A stretch of 16,315 nt of DNA from Chlamydiota bacterium. GTDB lineage: Bacteria; Auribacterota; Tritonobacteria; UBA1439. Numbering within the stretch: position 1 is the first letter of the stretch; each line of letters starts with the position of its first letter. This document shows positions 7,015 to 15,399 of the stretch, piece by piece. Under the pieces are notes generated by a model. The model saw only the letters and a list, made by a program, of their open reading frames with translations, ran no database searches and had not been told where the DNA came from. Location: positions 1 through 16,315 of the forward strand of contig JBAXOY010000070.1 in NCBI GenBank assembly GCA_037133055.1, read 5' to 3'. The translations under genes were made by a program, and so were the position numbers.

Positions 7015-7056
7015 ACAGAGCTGAATAAGGAGCTCTGTTCTTGTTGATTTTTTTTG
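7015..7056 (+). terminator. Putative terminator of the stressosome operon
   Basis: acagagct-N8-agctctgt followed by a T-rich tract. Confidence 0.45.
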
Positions 7057-7201
7057 CCCGTTATCTTGGATCGCTCCCGTGCGCTTTCGGAAATGAGCCA
7101 AGGGGAATAGAGGAAGACATGGCTCGCGGACGAACCCGATTATCTACTGCTGTTCTTTTCTTGTTCTTCGGAACGGGCGATGTCATCCACGAGGGCACAC
7201 C

Positions 7202-7504
7202 ATGAACAGATCTGAAGTCAAGACGATCCAGCCCGCCTCCGTCTTCGCGCTGCTCTTCAGCGCGGTGTTCATCGTCGGGCTGGTCTACCTGCTCGCCGCG
7301 AATCTCAAGGTGCTGCCTCATTACCCCACGCAGCTCCTGCAGTCGCTGCGCGCACGGCTGGACCTGCTCACGCCTATACCACAGTCGCTCGCATACGCAT
7401 TCATCGCGGGGCTGGGTGCGGGAGTGCTGGGAATGGCGCTGGCACTCGTGTATAATATTTTTGCCGGCGTCATGGGCGGGATCAAGGCGGAGATCAAGGA
7501 TTAG
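7202..7504 (+). CDS. Small two-TM membrane protein (DUF3566-like)
   Basis: Two hydrophobic segments; N-terminal VKTIQPASV and C-terminal VYNIFAGVMGGIK pattern. Confidence 0.7.
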   Translation: MNRSEVKTIQPASVFALLFSAVFIVGLVYLLAANLKVLPHYPTQLLQSLRARLDLLTPIPQSLAYAFIAGLGAGVLGMALALVYNIFAGVMGGIKAEIKD

Positions 7505-7505
7505 C

Positions 7506-7582
7506 GCGCCCGTAGCTCAATTGGATAGAGCGTTTGGCTACGGACCAAAAGGCTGGGGGTTCGACTCCCTCCGGGCGCGCCA
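7506..7582 (+). tRNA. tRNA-Arg(ACG)
   Basis: GCGCCCG/CGGGCGC acceptor stem, tttgg-ctACGga-ccaaa anticodon arm, GGTTCGACTCC and CCA; 77 nt. Confidence 0.97.
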
Positions 7583-7685
7583 TAACCGCCGTTGCTCGTT
7601 GATGGTTTCTCGTCGATCGGGAAAAGATTTCGCGAAGCGCCGCGCACCGCATTTCCCGGACGAATCACCGGAGATCCCCCCATCC

Positions 7686-8165
7686 ATGACGCACGCCGCA
7701 TCGGAGCGGGATCTGGCGTACATGCGCGAGGCGATGAAAGAGGCCTCGCGGGCGCTCGAAGACGGCGAGGTGCCGGTCGGGGCATTGATCGTGCGCGAGG
7801 GCCGCGTTATCGCCCGGGCGCACAATCAGGTCGAGCAGCTCAGGGACGCCACCGCCCACGCCGAGATGATCGCCCTCACGCAGGCATCGTCTGCGGTGGG
7901 GGACTGGCGGCTCGACGGCGTGACGCTCTACGTCACCAAGGAGCCGTGCCCGATGTGCGCGGGCGCCATCGCCCTTTCGCGTGTCCGACGGGTGGTCTTC
8001 GGGGCAAGGGATGAGAAGGCGGGCGCCGCGGGCTCGAAGATGGACATCCTCGGGGACGGCTGCCTGAACCACACGGTCGAGGTCGTCGCCGGGGTCGGGG
8101 AGGGGGAGTGCCGGGATCTCCTGAAGGAATTTTTTCGAGCGAAGCGTACGCAGGTAAAAAACTAG
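7686..8165 (+). CDS. tadA: tRNA adenosine(34) deaminase
   Basis: GEVPVGA, AHN, DATAHAE, WRL, LYVTKEPCPMC and FF at the C-terminus. The start is at ATG 7686, not the ORF-track start inside the upstream gene. Confidence 0.95.
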   Translation: MTHAASERDLAYMREAMKEASRALEDGEVPVGALIVREGRVIARAHNQVEQLRDATAHAEMIALTQASSAVGDWRLDGVTLYVTKEPCPMCAGAIALSRVRRVVFGARDEKAGAAGSKMDILGDGCLNHTVEVVAGVGEGECRDLLKEFFRAKRTQVKN

Positions 8166-8168
8166 CGC

Positions 8169-8228
8169 GGAGAGGTGCGAGAGCGGCTTAATCGGTCCGT
8201 CAGCGAAGCTGCCGGATGTACCTCTCAA
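8169..8228 (+). pseudogene. 5' tRNA-Ser(GGA) fragment with a substituted anticodon arm
   Basis: 8167-8195 is identical to 8263-8291 and 8217-8228 is identical to 8309-8320. Between them a 21-nt hairpin replaces the 17-nt anticodon arm. There is no T-arm or 3' acceptor strand. Confidence 0.9.
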
Positions 8229-8264
8229 TCATGTGGTATTGCCAATACGAATCCTTAATTGGGC

Positions 8265-8355
8265 GGAGAGGTGCGAGAGCGGCTTAATCGGCACGCCTGG
8301 AGAGCGTGTGTACCTCTCAAGGGTACCGTGGGTTCAAATCCCACCCTCTCCGCCA
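8265..8355 (+). tRNA. tRNA-Ser(GGA)
   Basis: GGAGAGG/CCTCTCC acceptor stem, cacgc-ctGGAga-gcgtg anticodon arm, long variable arm, GGTTCAAATCC and CCA. Confidence 0.97.
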
Positions 8356-8460
8356 TTCTTTCCGAATGAGATAACTCATTCCACCCTTCCCGTGGGTAAG
8401 GTCAGGGTGAGGGAAGCCATTCGACGTATCGATTTGTCCGATGACCGCAGATGGGACGCG

Positions 8461-9018
8461 ATGAACAACCTGTACGTGGCCGCGAAAGAAATCTCCGACT
8501 TCATGGCCTCCCGGAAATGGAAGTTCTGCATCATCGGGGGCCTGGCGGTGATCCGGTGGGGGGAACAACGACAGACCCGGGACGTCGATCTGTCCCTCCT
8601 TGCCGGATTCGGGGAAGAGGAACGCTATGCGAACGAGCTCCTGGGGGCTTTCCCTTCGCGCGTTTCGAATGCGCTTGAATTCGCGCTCCGCAACCGCGTC
8701 ATCCTCCTCAAGGCCTCCAACGGGGCCCCAATGGATGTGTCCATCAGCGGGCTGCCCTTCGAGAAGCGGGTGATCCGGCGGGCGACGCCTTTTGAATATG
8801 CCCCCGGCTATGCCTTGAGTACCTGTTCCGCCGAGGACCTGATTGTTCTGAAGGCATTCGCCGATAGGCCAAGGGACTGGCTCGATATCGAAATGATCAA
8901 GGTGCGGCAAAAGAACAAGATCGACTGGGCGCAGGTGCTGCGCGAGTTCGCGCCGCTTGCCTCACTGAAAGAGGCGCCGGAGATCGTGGAGAAAGTGCGC
9001 CGGATTGCACGGACATGA
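8461..9018 (+). CDS. Nucleotidyltransferase (DUF6036/AbiEii-like; putative toxin)
   Basis: CIIGGLAVIRWGEQRQTRDVDL and SAEDLIVLKAFADRPRDWLDI motifs; ATG at 8461. Confidence 0.87.
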   Translation: MNNLYVAAKEISDFMASRKWKFCIIGGLAVIRWGEQRQTRDVDLSLLAGFGEEERYANELLGAFPSRVSNALEFALRNRVILLKASNGAPMDVSISGLPFEKRVIRRATPFEYAPGYALSTCSAEDLIVLKAFADRPRDWLDIEMIKVRQKNKIDWAQVLREFAPLASLKEAPEIVEKVRRIART

Positions 9019-9302
9019 AGAAAGCCGAAAAAGAACAGATGCGCGAATATGTCGAGCGGTGGAAAAAGGCCGGTCCCGAACTCGAGGCGATCCGCCGGAA
9101 GGAACTGGCCGAGTTCGATCATGCCGCCAACTGGGAATCGATAGACGCGCTCCTGGACATCGGGGACCGGTTCGGCCGGTCTCGCAAGACAAGCGGCCTG
9201 ATCGAGATGCAGAGATGGTTCATGAAGCTCGCCGAACAGCAGGGGCTCCGGCCGAAACCGATCAGGGAGAAAAAGGCCCGGTACCGCGCGCGCCGGGCAT
9301 GA
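9015..9302 (+). CDS. 95-aa helical partner of the nucleotidyltransferase (putative antitoxin)
   Basis: ATGA coupling to the NTase stop; charged, helical-looking sequence (YVERWKKAGPELEAIRRKEL...SGLIEMQRWF). Confidence 0.78.
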   Translation: MKKAEKEQMREYVERWKKAGPELEAIRRKELAEFDHAANWESIDALLDIGDRFGRSRKTSGLIEMQRWFMKLAEQQGLRPKPIREKKARYRARRA

Positions 9303-9374
9303 CCCCGACGGCGGCCCGCGCCGAAGGGATCGATTGAGACATTCTTCACGGGAGTGGGATACCTGGTCAAAGCG

Positions 9375-10295
9375 ATGAGAACAACAGTCGCGGCCCTCGC
9401 CCTGGCGCTCGGGGCGTTCTCCCCCAGTGCCATGGCGCTCTCGCCGGATTCCCCGCCTGATAAGATCGGCGTGATGGTGAGCATACTGCCGCTGGCGTAT
9501 TTCGCGGAGGGAGTGGGGAAGGGGATGGTCGAGGTTTCGGTCATGGTCCCGCCCGGAGGCAACCCGCACACCTACGAGCCGACGCCGCTCCAGCTCGGCC
9601 GGTTGAGCCGGGCGAAGCTGTACGTCAAGGTCGGCTCGGGGATCGAATTCGAGCTCGCCTGGATGGACAAGCTCGCCGCCCTCAACCGGTCCATGAAGAT
9701 CTGCGACGCGTCGAAGGGGATCGCATTGCGGGAGATGGAGGGACGCCGCGGGCACGGCGGGGGCGCCCACGGCCAGGAAGGAGAGGGGCACGATCACGGC
9801 GCTCATCACGGGATGGACCCGCACGTGTGGCTCTCGCCCGCGAACGCCGCGGTCATCGTGAAGAATATCCGCGACGCGCTCGCGGAGGCCGATCCCGCCC
9901 ATGCGTCGGCGTACGCGGCGAACGCGCGCGCGTTGACCGCGGAGCTCGAACAACTCGACGGGGAGCTTCGGAGGACGCTCGCCCCCGTCCGCGGAGGGAC
10001 ATTCATCGTCTTCCACCCCGGCTGGGGCTATTTCGCGGCCCGGTACGGATTGACGCAGGCGCCGATCGAAATCGGCGGGAAGGAGCCGACGGGGAAGGAG
10101 CTCGCGGCGGTTGTGACCCGCGCCCGGAAGCTCGGCTCGAAGACGGTGTTCGCCTCGCCGGAGTTCAGCAGGAAGGCCGCGGAGGTGATCGCGAGGGAGA
10201 TCGGGGGCAGGGTGCTCCTGATCGACGCGCTTGCAAAGGACTACCCGGACAACCTGAGGCGCGTGGCGGCCGCGATCGCCGGGGAGGCGCGATGA
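9375..10295 (+). CDS. znuA: Zn/Mn ABC transporter substrate-binding protein
   Basis: Signal peptide, NPHTYEPTP, His-rich loop, [16 protein letters not shown]. The start could be GTG 9354. Confidence 0.9.
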   Translation: MRTTVAALALALGAFSPSAMALSPDSPPDKIGVMVSILPLAYFAEGVGKGMVEVSVMVPPGGNPHTYEPTPLQLGRLSRAKLYVKVGSGIEFELAWMDKLAALNRSMKICDASKGIALREMEGRRGHGGGAHGQEGEGHDHGAHHGMDPHVWLSPANAAVIVKNIRDALAEADPAHASAYAANARALTAELEQLDGELRRTLAPVRGGTFIVFHPGWGYFAARYGLTQAPIEIGGKEPTGKELAAVVTRARKLGSKTVFASPEFSRKAAEVIAREIGGRVLLIDALAKDYPDNLRRVAAAIAGEAR

Positions 10296-11056
10296 GAGGC
10301 GAAGAGATCGCTGGCCTGAAGGGCGTGTGCGTCGCCTACGGCGGCGCGCCCGCGCTCGAAGACGTGGACCTTTCCATCCGGCAGCGGGATTTCCTCGGGA
10401 TCATCGGGCCGAACGGGGGAGGGAAGACCACGCTCCTCAAGGTGATCCTCGGCCTGGTCACTCCCCAGCGCGGAACGGTCCGCCTCTTCGGGGGCAGGCC
10501 GCGCGACGCCGGGAAACTCGTCGGCTACGTCCCCCAGTACATCCCGTTCGACCGCGCGTTCCCCATCAGCGTCTGGGACGTCGTCCTCATGGGGCGTCTC
10601 GCCCGCGCCCCCCGGTGGGGGTATTTCGGCGCGGAGGACAGGGCGCGGACGCGCGGGGCGCTCGAGACCGTCGAGATGCTCGACCTGAAAGACAGGCCGA
10701 TCGGCGCGCTTTCCGAGGGGCAGAAGCAGCGGGTTTTCATCGCCCGCGCCCTGGTCACGGATCCGAAGCTGCTCCTGCTCGACGAGCCCACCGCGAGCAT
10801 CGACACGTGCATGCAGGAGGGGATCTACCATGTCCTGGAGCGCCTGCGGGAGACCATGGCGATCGTGCTCGTGACGCACGACGTCGGCGTCCTCTCCGCG
10901 CACGTGGACACGATCGCCTGCCTGAACCGCAGGCTCTACTACCACGAGTCGAAGGAGATCACCCTCGACGACATTCAGACGGTCTACGGATGCCCGGTGC
11001 AGTTGATCGCGCACGGCGTGCCCCACCGGGTCATGGAGGAGCACGGGGACCGATGA
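10292..11056 (+). CDS. znuC: Metal ABC transporter ATPase
   Basis: [37 protein letters not shown] overlap with znuA. Confidence 0.92.
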   Translation: MRGEEIAGLKGVCVAYGGAPALEDVDLSIRQRDFLGIIGPNGGGKTTLLKVILGLVTPQRGTVRLFGGRPRDAGKLVGYVPQYIPFDRAFPISVWDVVLMGRLARAPRWGYFGAEDRARTRGALETVEMLDLKDRPIGALSEGQKQRVFIARALVTDPKLLLLDEPTASIDTCMQEGIYHVLERLRETMAIVLVTHDVGVLSAHVDTIACLNRRLYYHESKEITLDDIQTVYGCPVQLIAHGVPHRVMEEHGDR

Positions 11057-11865
11057 CGGAAATGCTTCAGTACGAGTTCATGCGGAACGCCCTGCTCGCC
11101 GCGGTGCTCTCGAGCGTCGCCTGCGGCGTCATCGGGGCCTACGTGGTGGTCAAAAGGCTCGTCTCCGTAAGCGGGGGAATCGCCCACGCCGCGTTCGGCG
11201 GGATCGGGCTCGGGTATTTCTTGGGCATCGACCCCCTCCTCGGCGTGCTTCCGTTCAGCGTGGCCTCCGCGGTCGGGATCTGGTTCGTGAGCAGGAAGGG
11301 CAGGCTCGCCGAGGACACCGCCGTCGGGATCTTCTGGGCGATGGGGATGGCGGTCGGGGTGCTCTTCATAGGGCTCACCCCGGGCTACGCCCCCGACCTC
11401 TTCGGCTACCTGTTCGGCAACATCCTGACCGTCCCGAGGTCGGACATCTACCTGATGATGGGGCTCGACGCGCTCATCCTCGGCGTGGTGGGCCTCCGCT
11501 ACAAGGAGCTCCTGGCGCTCTCTTTCGACGAGGAGTTCGCGAAGGTGTCGGGCGTCAGGGTCGAGGCGATGTACCTGATGCTCCTCTGCCTGGTGGCGGT
11601 CACGGTGGTCGTGCTCATCCGGATCGTCGGCATCGTCCTCGTCATCGCCCTCCTCACCATACCCGCGGCGATCGCCCGGCAGCATACCCGGAGCCTGATC
11701 CGCATGATGGTCCTCTCGACATTCGTAGGGGCCGCGCTCGCCCTCGGAGGGCTGTGGCTTTCCTACACCCTGAACCTCGCCTCCGGAGCCACCATCATCC
11801 TCCTCTCAGGAGCTGCGTTCGTGATCTCCTCCGGCATTAAAACCATCTCCTGCTGTGGGAGTTAG
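11053..11865 (+). CDS. znuB: Metal ABC transporter permease
   Basis: [31 protein letters not shown], multiple TM segments; ATGA overlap with znuC. Confidence 0.92.
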   Translation: MTEMLQYEFMRNALLAAVLSSVACGVIGAYVVVKRLVSVSGGIAHAAFGGIGLGYFLGIDPLLGVLPFSVASAVGIWFVSRKGRLAEDTAVGIFWAMGMAVGVLFIGLTPGYAPDLFGYLFGNILTVPRSDIYLMMGLDALILGVVGLRYKELLALSFDEEFAKVSGVRVEAMYLMLLCLVAVTVVVLIRIVGIVLVIALLTIPAAIARQHTRSLIRMMVLSTFVGAALALGGLWLSYTLNLASGATIILLSGAAFVISSGIKTISCCGS

Positions 11866-11909
11866 GATTATTGCCCGGAGCGTCGCCTCCCGCCTCGCCT
11901 CCCTGCCTC

Positions 11910-11938
11910 TTGCGCCGGGCGCCGGCACGTGATAGTCT
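11910..11938 (+). promoter_or_regulatory. Putative sigma70 promoter for the paralog pair
   Basis: TTGCGC-17 bp-TAGTCT with an extended TG. Confidence 0.45.
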
Positions 11939-11992
11939 AGCTGTTGAAATGCGCCTTGAGCCCCGCGGCGCAGGGCGTGCCGGGAGAGTTCT

Positions 11993-12958
11993 CTGAAGAA
12001 GATTTACAGTTTTGCCGCGCAGTGCATTTTCACCGCTCTCGTGCTGGCCCCCCTCCTCGCGTCCGCACAGGGGTACGCCGGCCCGCAGGATACGTACCCT
12101 TACGCCCTTTCGCAGGAACCGGCCGATGCTCCGGCGTCCATCCCCAACTACCTTGCGCTCGGCGCCGCGATGGAGAATTACGACGGGCTGGCGCGACTGT
12201 TGTACCGCTGCGATTTTCAATGGTACGACTATGCCGGGGCGCCCGTCGCCGTGTACCTGATGGCGGTGGAGGATCCGGCGTTTTCGGGCGGGAGTGCGTT
12301 GAGTCTCGGGGACCTCCTCGCCGGGGGCGAGGTGAGGGTCTTCAGGTCAGACATGAGCGCCTATCTCTTCAGCGGCGCCCTCGGCGCCCCCACGTTCATA
12401 TTCCCGAGGTTCCCCTCGGGGCAGGTGCAGGGTTCTTTCCCCATCGACACGGTGACGGCCGGGATCTACCGCGGGACCTACGCCTTCGCGGCGGTGTTCA
12501 TCCGCGCGGACACGAGGCAGTTCGTCCGGACCGACGGCTTCCCCGCGGCGGGCTCGGGCGCCTTCACCCCGTTCAGGTATCACGCGGATGTGCTCACGCG
12601 GACCATCCACGTCGGCGACGGCTACGACCCGTACATGGCGAACTGGGAGGTGCCGTACCCGATGGGCCTCAGGATAAACGCCGGCTTCCCGATGGACCAC
12701 GTGCCCGCGGGGATCGCGGTCCTGCGCGGGGGATTCTGGGGGACGTATTACCGCAACCCGGTGTACCTCAACGGGTCCCTGTTCGGAATAATCCCGAGCC
12801 TCATGAACGGGAACAAATGGGCATGGGCGTCCGCGAGGGTGCCCCCGAGGCGGTTCCGTGCCGGCACGAACGTGATGACCTTCGGCTGCGACGTGAACCC
12901 GCTGGACGGGCACTGGGACAACTACATGGCGAAGGACTGGGAGATCTACTATAACTGA
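11993..12958 (+). CDS. Secreted hypothetical protein, paralog 1 (probable CTG start)
   Basis: CTG-KKIYSFAAQCIFTALVLAPLLASAQ forms a complete signal peptide with SD gggaga upstream. Collinear homology to 12990-13913. Confidence 0.8.
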   Translation: MKKIYSFAAQCIFTALVLAPLLASAQGYAGPQDTYPYALSQEPADAPASIPNYLALGAAMENYDGLARLLYRCDFQWYDYAGAPVAVYLMAVEDPAFSGGSALSLGDLLAGGEVRVFRSDMSAYLFSGALGAPTFIFPRFPSGQVQGSFPIDTVTAGIYRGTYAFAAVFIRADTRQFVRTDGFPAAGSGAFTPFRYHADVLTRTIHVGDGYDPYMANWEVPYPMGLRINAGFPMDHVPAGIAVLRGGFWGTYYRNPVYLNGSLFGIIPSLMNGNKWAWASARVPPRRFRAGTNVMTFGCDVNPLDGHWDNYMAKDWEIYYN

Positions 12959-12989
12959 GCGCTCGCGGAGAAGGAATGGAAGGGATCGG

Positions 12990-13913
12990 ATGAGAAGATC
13001 GCACGCACTCGCGGCCCCCGTGGCCGCGTTGATCATGGGTATTGTCGCCGGTAATGCGCGGGCCACACCTCCGTCAGCGCCCCCCCCGCCCGAGCTGCCC
13101 AACTATCTCACGCTCGGAGCCGAGCTAGAAAACCTCGACGGCGTGGTGCGCGTGAGCTACCGCGTCGACTTCGGGAGGTACGATTTCGAGGGGGTTCCGG
13201 TCAACGTCTATCTCGCCGCGGTGACGTCCCCCGCCTTTTCGGAGGGCGAGCCGTTCAGCCTTGACGACCTGTTCGCGAGCGGAGAGGTGCGCATCTTCAC
13301 ATCGACGATGCGCTCGTACGTCTACGCCGGGACCGTGAACGGCCCGACCTTCCGCGACGTCGTCTTCCCGTCGGTCCCCGTGGAGGGAACACTCCTGATC
13401 GATACGACCACCTCCGGGATCTACCAGGAGACCCACGCCCTCGCCGCGGTGTTCATCAACGCGGCCACGGGTGAGTTCGTGCGGACCGACGGCCTCCCGG
13501 CGGCGGGCTCAGGAACCTTCACCCCGTTCAGGTATCATCTGAAAGTGCTCACGAGAACCATCCACGTCGGCGACGGCTATGACCCGTATATGGCGACCTG
13601 GGAAGTGACACACCCGATGGGGCTTACGATCGACGCCGCTTTTTACATGGATCACGTGCCGGCGGGCAGCGCGATGCTGCAGGCGGCCGTCTGGGGCACG
13701 TACTACAACGACCCGGTGTATCTGAACGGTTCACTGCTCGGAATTCTCCCCCGGATGGCGAACCGGAACTACTGGCTCTGGTCCGCCGTCCATGTCGCGC
13801 CGAAGCGGTTCAACGCGGGGAAGAACGTGATGCGGTTTGCCGACGACGTGAACCCCGCGGACGGCCATTGGGACAACTACATGGCGAAGGGATGGGAGAT
13901 CTACTACAACTGA
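12990..13913 (+). CDS. Secreted hypothetical protein, paralog 2
   Basis: Signal peptide ending NARA and a Pro linker. Shares PNYL.LGA, AAVFI, FVRTDG.PAAGSG.FTPFRYH, TRTIHVGDGYDPYMA and DGHWDNYMAK.WEIYYN with paralog 1. Confidence 0.85.
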   Translation: MRRSHALAAPVAALIMGIVAGNARATPPSAPPPPELPNYLTLGAELENLDGVVRVSYRVDFGRYDFEGVPVNVYLAAVTSPAFSEGEPFSLDDLFASGEVRIFTSTMRSYVYAGTVNGPTFRDVVFPSVPVEGTLLIDTTTSGIYQETHALAAVFINAATGEFVRTDGLPAAGSGTFTPFRYHLKVLTRTIHVGDGYDPYMATWEVTHPMGLTIDAAFYMDHVPAGSAMLQAAVWGTYYNDPVYLNGSLLGILPRMANRNYWLWSAVHVAPKRFNAGKNVMRFADDVNPADGHWDNYMAKGWEIYYN

Positions 13914-13975
13914 GCCCGGCGAGCGAAACCGGATAGGCGCGGGGCGCGATCTGTCCGGAGCGGCGGCGCGGAAGG

Positions 13976-14293
13976 TTAATTCTTGGGGCGGTTAAGCCTG
14001 AAGGCGAGGGACTTGTTGTGGGCGATGCTGGTCCACTTGTACTTCAGGGCGACTTGGGTGTAGGTGCCCTGGGTCCGCCGGTCCATATTCTTGTCCATGC
14101 AGGTCTGGCAGCACTGGAACATGCCGAGCTGCTTGAAATCGGGGTCGGCGGAAAGGGCGCTTTCGGGCACATCCCGGCCGAACGCCTTGCCGCAGCGGAC
14201 GCATGTTCCCGCCGCCTCCGAGGAATGTCTCTGCGCCGGCGGAACTGCGATCGCCGCGCCCACGATGCATATCAGAATCAAAGCCGTTCTCAT
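13976..14293 (-). CDS. Small exported Cys-motif protein (CxxC...CCxxC)
   Basis: Hydrophobic N-terminus, CVRC and CCQTC motifs, near-consensus promoter upstream. Confidence 0.65.
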   Translation of the reverse strand: MRTALILICIVGAAIAVPPAQRHSSEAAGTCVRCGKAFGRDVPESALSADPDFKQLGMFQCCQTCMDKNMDRRTQGTYTQVALKYKWTSIAHNKSLAFRLNRPKN

Positions 14294-14322
14294 CGCGGCA
14301 CCCTCGTACCCTTCCAGTAAGC

Positions 14323-14351
14323 AATATAGCCGAGCGGCGGACTGTTGTCAA
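14323..14351 (-). promoter_or_regulatory. sigma70 promoter
   Basis: TTGACA-17 bp-TATATT on the minus strand, about 30 nt upstream of ATG 14293. Confidence 0.7.
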
Positions 14352-14430
14352 GGCGAGGTGTCTGCCCCTCGGCGGGACCGCCTTTGTCGTCCCCTCGTTG
14401 CAGCCGGCGCGACAGCCCTGGAGCGGGAAG

Positions 14431-14468
14431 AAAAAAAGAGCAGCCGCACAAAGCGGCTGCTCTTTTTT
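14431..14468. terminator. Bidirectional intrinsic terminator
   Basis: aaaaaaagagcagccgc-acaaa-gcggctgctctttttt, just after the stop of 14487-14801(-). Confidence 0.85.
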
Positions 14469-14486
14469 CAAGATATCGAAAGTCGA

Positions 14487-14801
14487 TTACTGGACAGCGG
14501 GCTTCACCGCGCCTGTGTCGGCCTTCGGCTCCTCTTTCGTCGTGGGAGCGCTGCTCGTCGTCGCGGGGGCCGCTGAGTCGACGGCCTTTTCGGTCTTCAT
14601 GCTCTCGCCGGCCGGGACGGCGCCGGTTTCCGCGGCGGGCTTCACCGCGGGCACTGCCGCATCGGGGGCAGGCGCAGCCTCTTTCGACGTGACCGCCTCT
14701 GACGTTGTCGCGGGACTTTCCGCTGCCTGTTCCTGGGCGATAAGCAGGCCGCAGGAGCATATGCCGAGAACCACCACTACTGCTATGATCCAACTTCTCA
14801 C
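14487..14801 (-). CDS. Small secreted Ala/Thr/Glu/Pro-rich low-complexity protein
   Basis: SD aaggagg 8 nt before GTG 14801, signal peptide MRSWIIAVVVVLGICSCGLLIAQ, own promoter and terminator. Confidence 0.75.
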   Translation of the reverse strand: MRSWIIAVVVVLGICSCGLLIAQEQAAESPATTSEAVTSKEAAPAPDAAVPAVKPAAETGAVPAGESMKTEKAVDSAAPATTSSAPTTKEEPKADTGAVKPAVQ

Positions 14802-14868
14802 GATCTCATCCTCCTTTCCACGTTCGATGAGATGTCCGTGCACTGTGACGGAACAATCGTTGGGGGGA

Positions 14869-14897
14869 AGTATACACCAGCCCGCCCGCCGTGTCGA
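14869..14897 (-). promoter_or_regulatory. sigma70 promoter
   Basis: TCGACA-17 bp-TATACT on the minus strand. Confidence 0.6.
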
Positions 14898-14978
14898 TAA
14901 AAAAATGCTGTCCCGGAGAAGAAAAATTCCCCCCGCGACGGGCGCCCATAATATGCTCCAGGACAGTGCGATAGGCGC

Positions 14979-15179
14979 CTAGGTCGTGAGATAGGGGCTG
15001 ATCCTTCGCAGGATCGCCTCCCCGATGCCGGGGACGCGGTCGAGGTCCGCCACGCTCCCGAACCAGCCGTGCTCGCTACGGTACGCGATGATCCTCGCCG
15101 CCCTTTTGGGGCCGATGAGGGGGAGCTGTTCGAGCGCTTTCTGCGTGGCGCGGTTGACGTCCACCGTGCGCGTTCTCAT
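14979..15179 (-). CDS. Stand-alone ComEA-like helix-hairpin-helix DNA-binding protein
   Basis: VDVNRAT..ALEQLPLIGPKRAARIIAYR..HGWF.SV.DL.RVPGIG; 66 aa with no TM anchor. Confidence 0.88.
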   Translation of the reverse strand: MRTRTVDVNRATQKALEQLPLIGPKRAARIIAYRSEHGWFGSVADLDRVPGIGEAILRRISPYLTT

Positions 15180-15230
15180 CCGAAGACCTTTCCGCCCCGC
15201 CGTGTGCGGCGGGGGCACGCCGCGTCTCCC

Positions 15231-15260
15231 AGTCTAGCCCCTCGATATGTCAGCGGTCAA
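15231..15260 (-). promoter_or_regulatory. Possible promoter for the HhH gene
   Basis: TTGACC-18 bp-TAGACT on the minus strand. Confidence 0.4.
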
Positions 15261-15346
15261 CTATAACGAAAACTGTTTTCCCTCCCCCGTGATCTCCGTG
15301 CCTCCATGGTGAACGTGGTGCGTGATCCCCGCCACGGGGAAAAGGG

Positions 15347-15375
15347 CTGTCAAAATCGGCGCGGGCAGGTATAAT
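15347..15375 (+). promoter_or_regulatory. sigma70 promoter for lon
   Basis: CTGTCA-17 bp-TATAAT. Confidence 0.6.
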
Positions 15376-15399
15376 TGCGGGCAACCGAGAGGAACGACC

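Larger units (their letters stand above)
2800..7060. mobile_element. AT-richer genomic islet (stressosome locus) downstream of tRNA-Ser(CGA)
   Basis: Visibly lower GC and more A/T-ending codons than the flanking tadA/znu/lon genes, adjacent to a tRNA 3' end. No integrase or att duplication was seen and the boundaries are approximate. Confidence 0.6.

Noticed and set aside
2701..8355. 29-bp direct repeat (2701-2729 and 8327-8355) as attL/attR of one island
   Set aside because: Both copies are 3' ends of complete tRNA-Ser genes with different anticodons, and the interval contains core genes (tRNA-Arg, tadA).
9330..9352. Zur/Fur box upstream of znuA (ttgagacattcttcac)
   Set aside because: The dyad symmetry is too weak to call without a lineage-specific matrix.
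10709..10730. LSEGQ instead of LSGGQ in ZnuC as a sign of inactivation
   Set aside because: A single signature variant with Walker A/B and the H-loop intact is not enough evidence.
8808..13436. Long antisense and alternative-frame ORFs over znuACB and the paralog pair
   Set aside because: Typical shadow ORFs of GC-rich coding DNA, overlapping well-supported genes.
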